A stretch of 63,322 nucleotides of DNA, filler included, from Squatina squatina (taxonomy: Eukaryota): assembly GCA_031763465.1 (NCBI GenBank). It is 3 parts of 2 records of this genome, joined end to end, with 100 filler letters (N's around TTAATTAATTAA, not from the genome) between each part and the next. Parts side by side here need not be neighbours in the genome. Positions count along the whole stretch, not along the records: positions 39,143 to 63,322 come from JARFOE010000001.1; 2 more parts are not named here. One strand, 5' to 3'. The notes under the pieces are model-generated. The model saw only the letters and a list, made by a program, of their open reading frames with translations, made no database searches and was not told where the DNA came from. Shown in pieces: positions 62,461 to 63,322 of the stretch. A program made the position numbers and the translations under genes. Every line of letters begins with the position of its first letter. Within the stretch, counting starts at the first letter, position 1.

Positions 62461-63322
62461 NNNNNNNNNNNNNNNNNNNNNNNNNNNNNNNNNNNNNNNN
62501 NNNNNNNNNNNNNNNNNNNNNNNNNNNNNNNNNNNNNNNNNNNNNNNNNNNNNNNNNNNNGCTTTATTGAACAATAACTAGAAAATGTCCCTGAATACCA
62601 CAAATCTTTCTTAGCAGACCCTAATGCACAGAAAAAAATTCTGTTCAGCAATAAAAGCTTAACGTCGTTTATGTTATTTGTTCTGTTTGGTTAATTTGGG
62701 TTGTCAATATGGCTCAGATTTAAAACATAAACTGTGCCTATTCAAATAATTCAGTTAGAAAGCAACACAATTGAGGGAAAATTCAAATATCATCAGTCAA
62801 GCGTAACACTGCTCTTTAGTCACTGAAAGTAAAAACACAAGTTTTAATTTTCACATGATTTCATAAAGAAAAATGAACAGCTTTACAATTTAAAAGGAAT
62901 AATGAAATAAATAAACATCCTTCACTATTGGGAGTCGTGCCATTATTGTAGTGAAGCAGCTGTGTTTCTGTCACTGGTGAAGGAAGAAAGTCAGTCAACC
63001 AATGCAACAAAGGCAATACATGTACAACAACTCAATATTACTGTAGTCTGTGTTTGCTTTGTTTCAAGTGAGAACTAGAAGTCTATTTTAGAAAATAGTG
63101 ATACATGCACAATCTACATGGTTTTGAAACCCAAGACTACCAATGCCTAACCACGACTTCCTGAATAACCTTGTGTTTTTTTCCTACTCTTTTCAACTTT
63201 GGTGGTTTCCTGCACTATTGGTCTTGGCCCAACATTTCAATTTCTCAATAAAAAATAGAATAAGTAAAAAAGATATGCCAGTATGTTGAAACAGGAAACC
63301 ACATATATAAGGAAGAACAATA

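Overview
Eukaryotic, repeat-rich vertebrate DNA. The repeat families (Deu-domain SacSINE1-like SINEs, CR1 LINEs with (TTTCTATG)n tails, a Penelope-type terminal repeat) point to a cartilaginous fish, probably a shark. The window is not one continuous locus. Two artificial linkers (N44-TTAATTAATTAA-N44 at 25581-25680 and 39043-39142) join three pieces, and the pieces contain 31 fixed 100-N gaps and two 10-N gaps. The only recognisable host coding sequence is in the middle piece. It holds three consecutive minus-strand ABCC5 (MRP5) exons, two consecutive plus-strand ENOX (ENOX2-like) exons, and a single intact KCNIP (KChIP) exon lying inside the ENOX intron on the same strand. The rest is CR1, L2 and RTE LINE fragments, SINEs, GC-rich MITE-like elements, a 38-bp minisatellite and short tandem repeats. 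The most notable observations are the KCNIP-in-ENOX and ABCC5/ENOX juxtapositions (mis-assembly or real rearrangement), a degenerate Penelope-type minimal hammerhead ribozyme motif, a CR1 5' end carrying an ~80-bp monomer array, and a near-perfect 60-nt hairpin inside a MITE. I found no CRISPR array, rRNA, genuine tRNA gene or prokaryotic-type system. All family assignments are from recall of consensus sequences; no database search was run.
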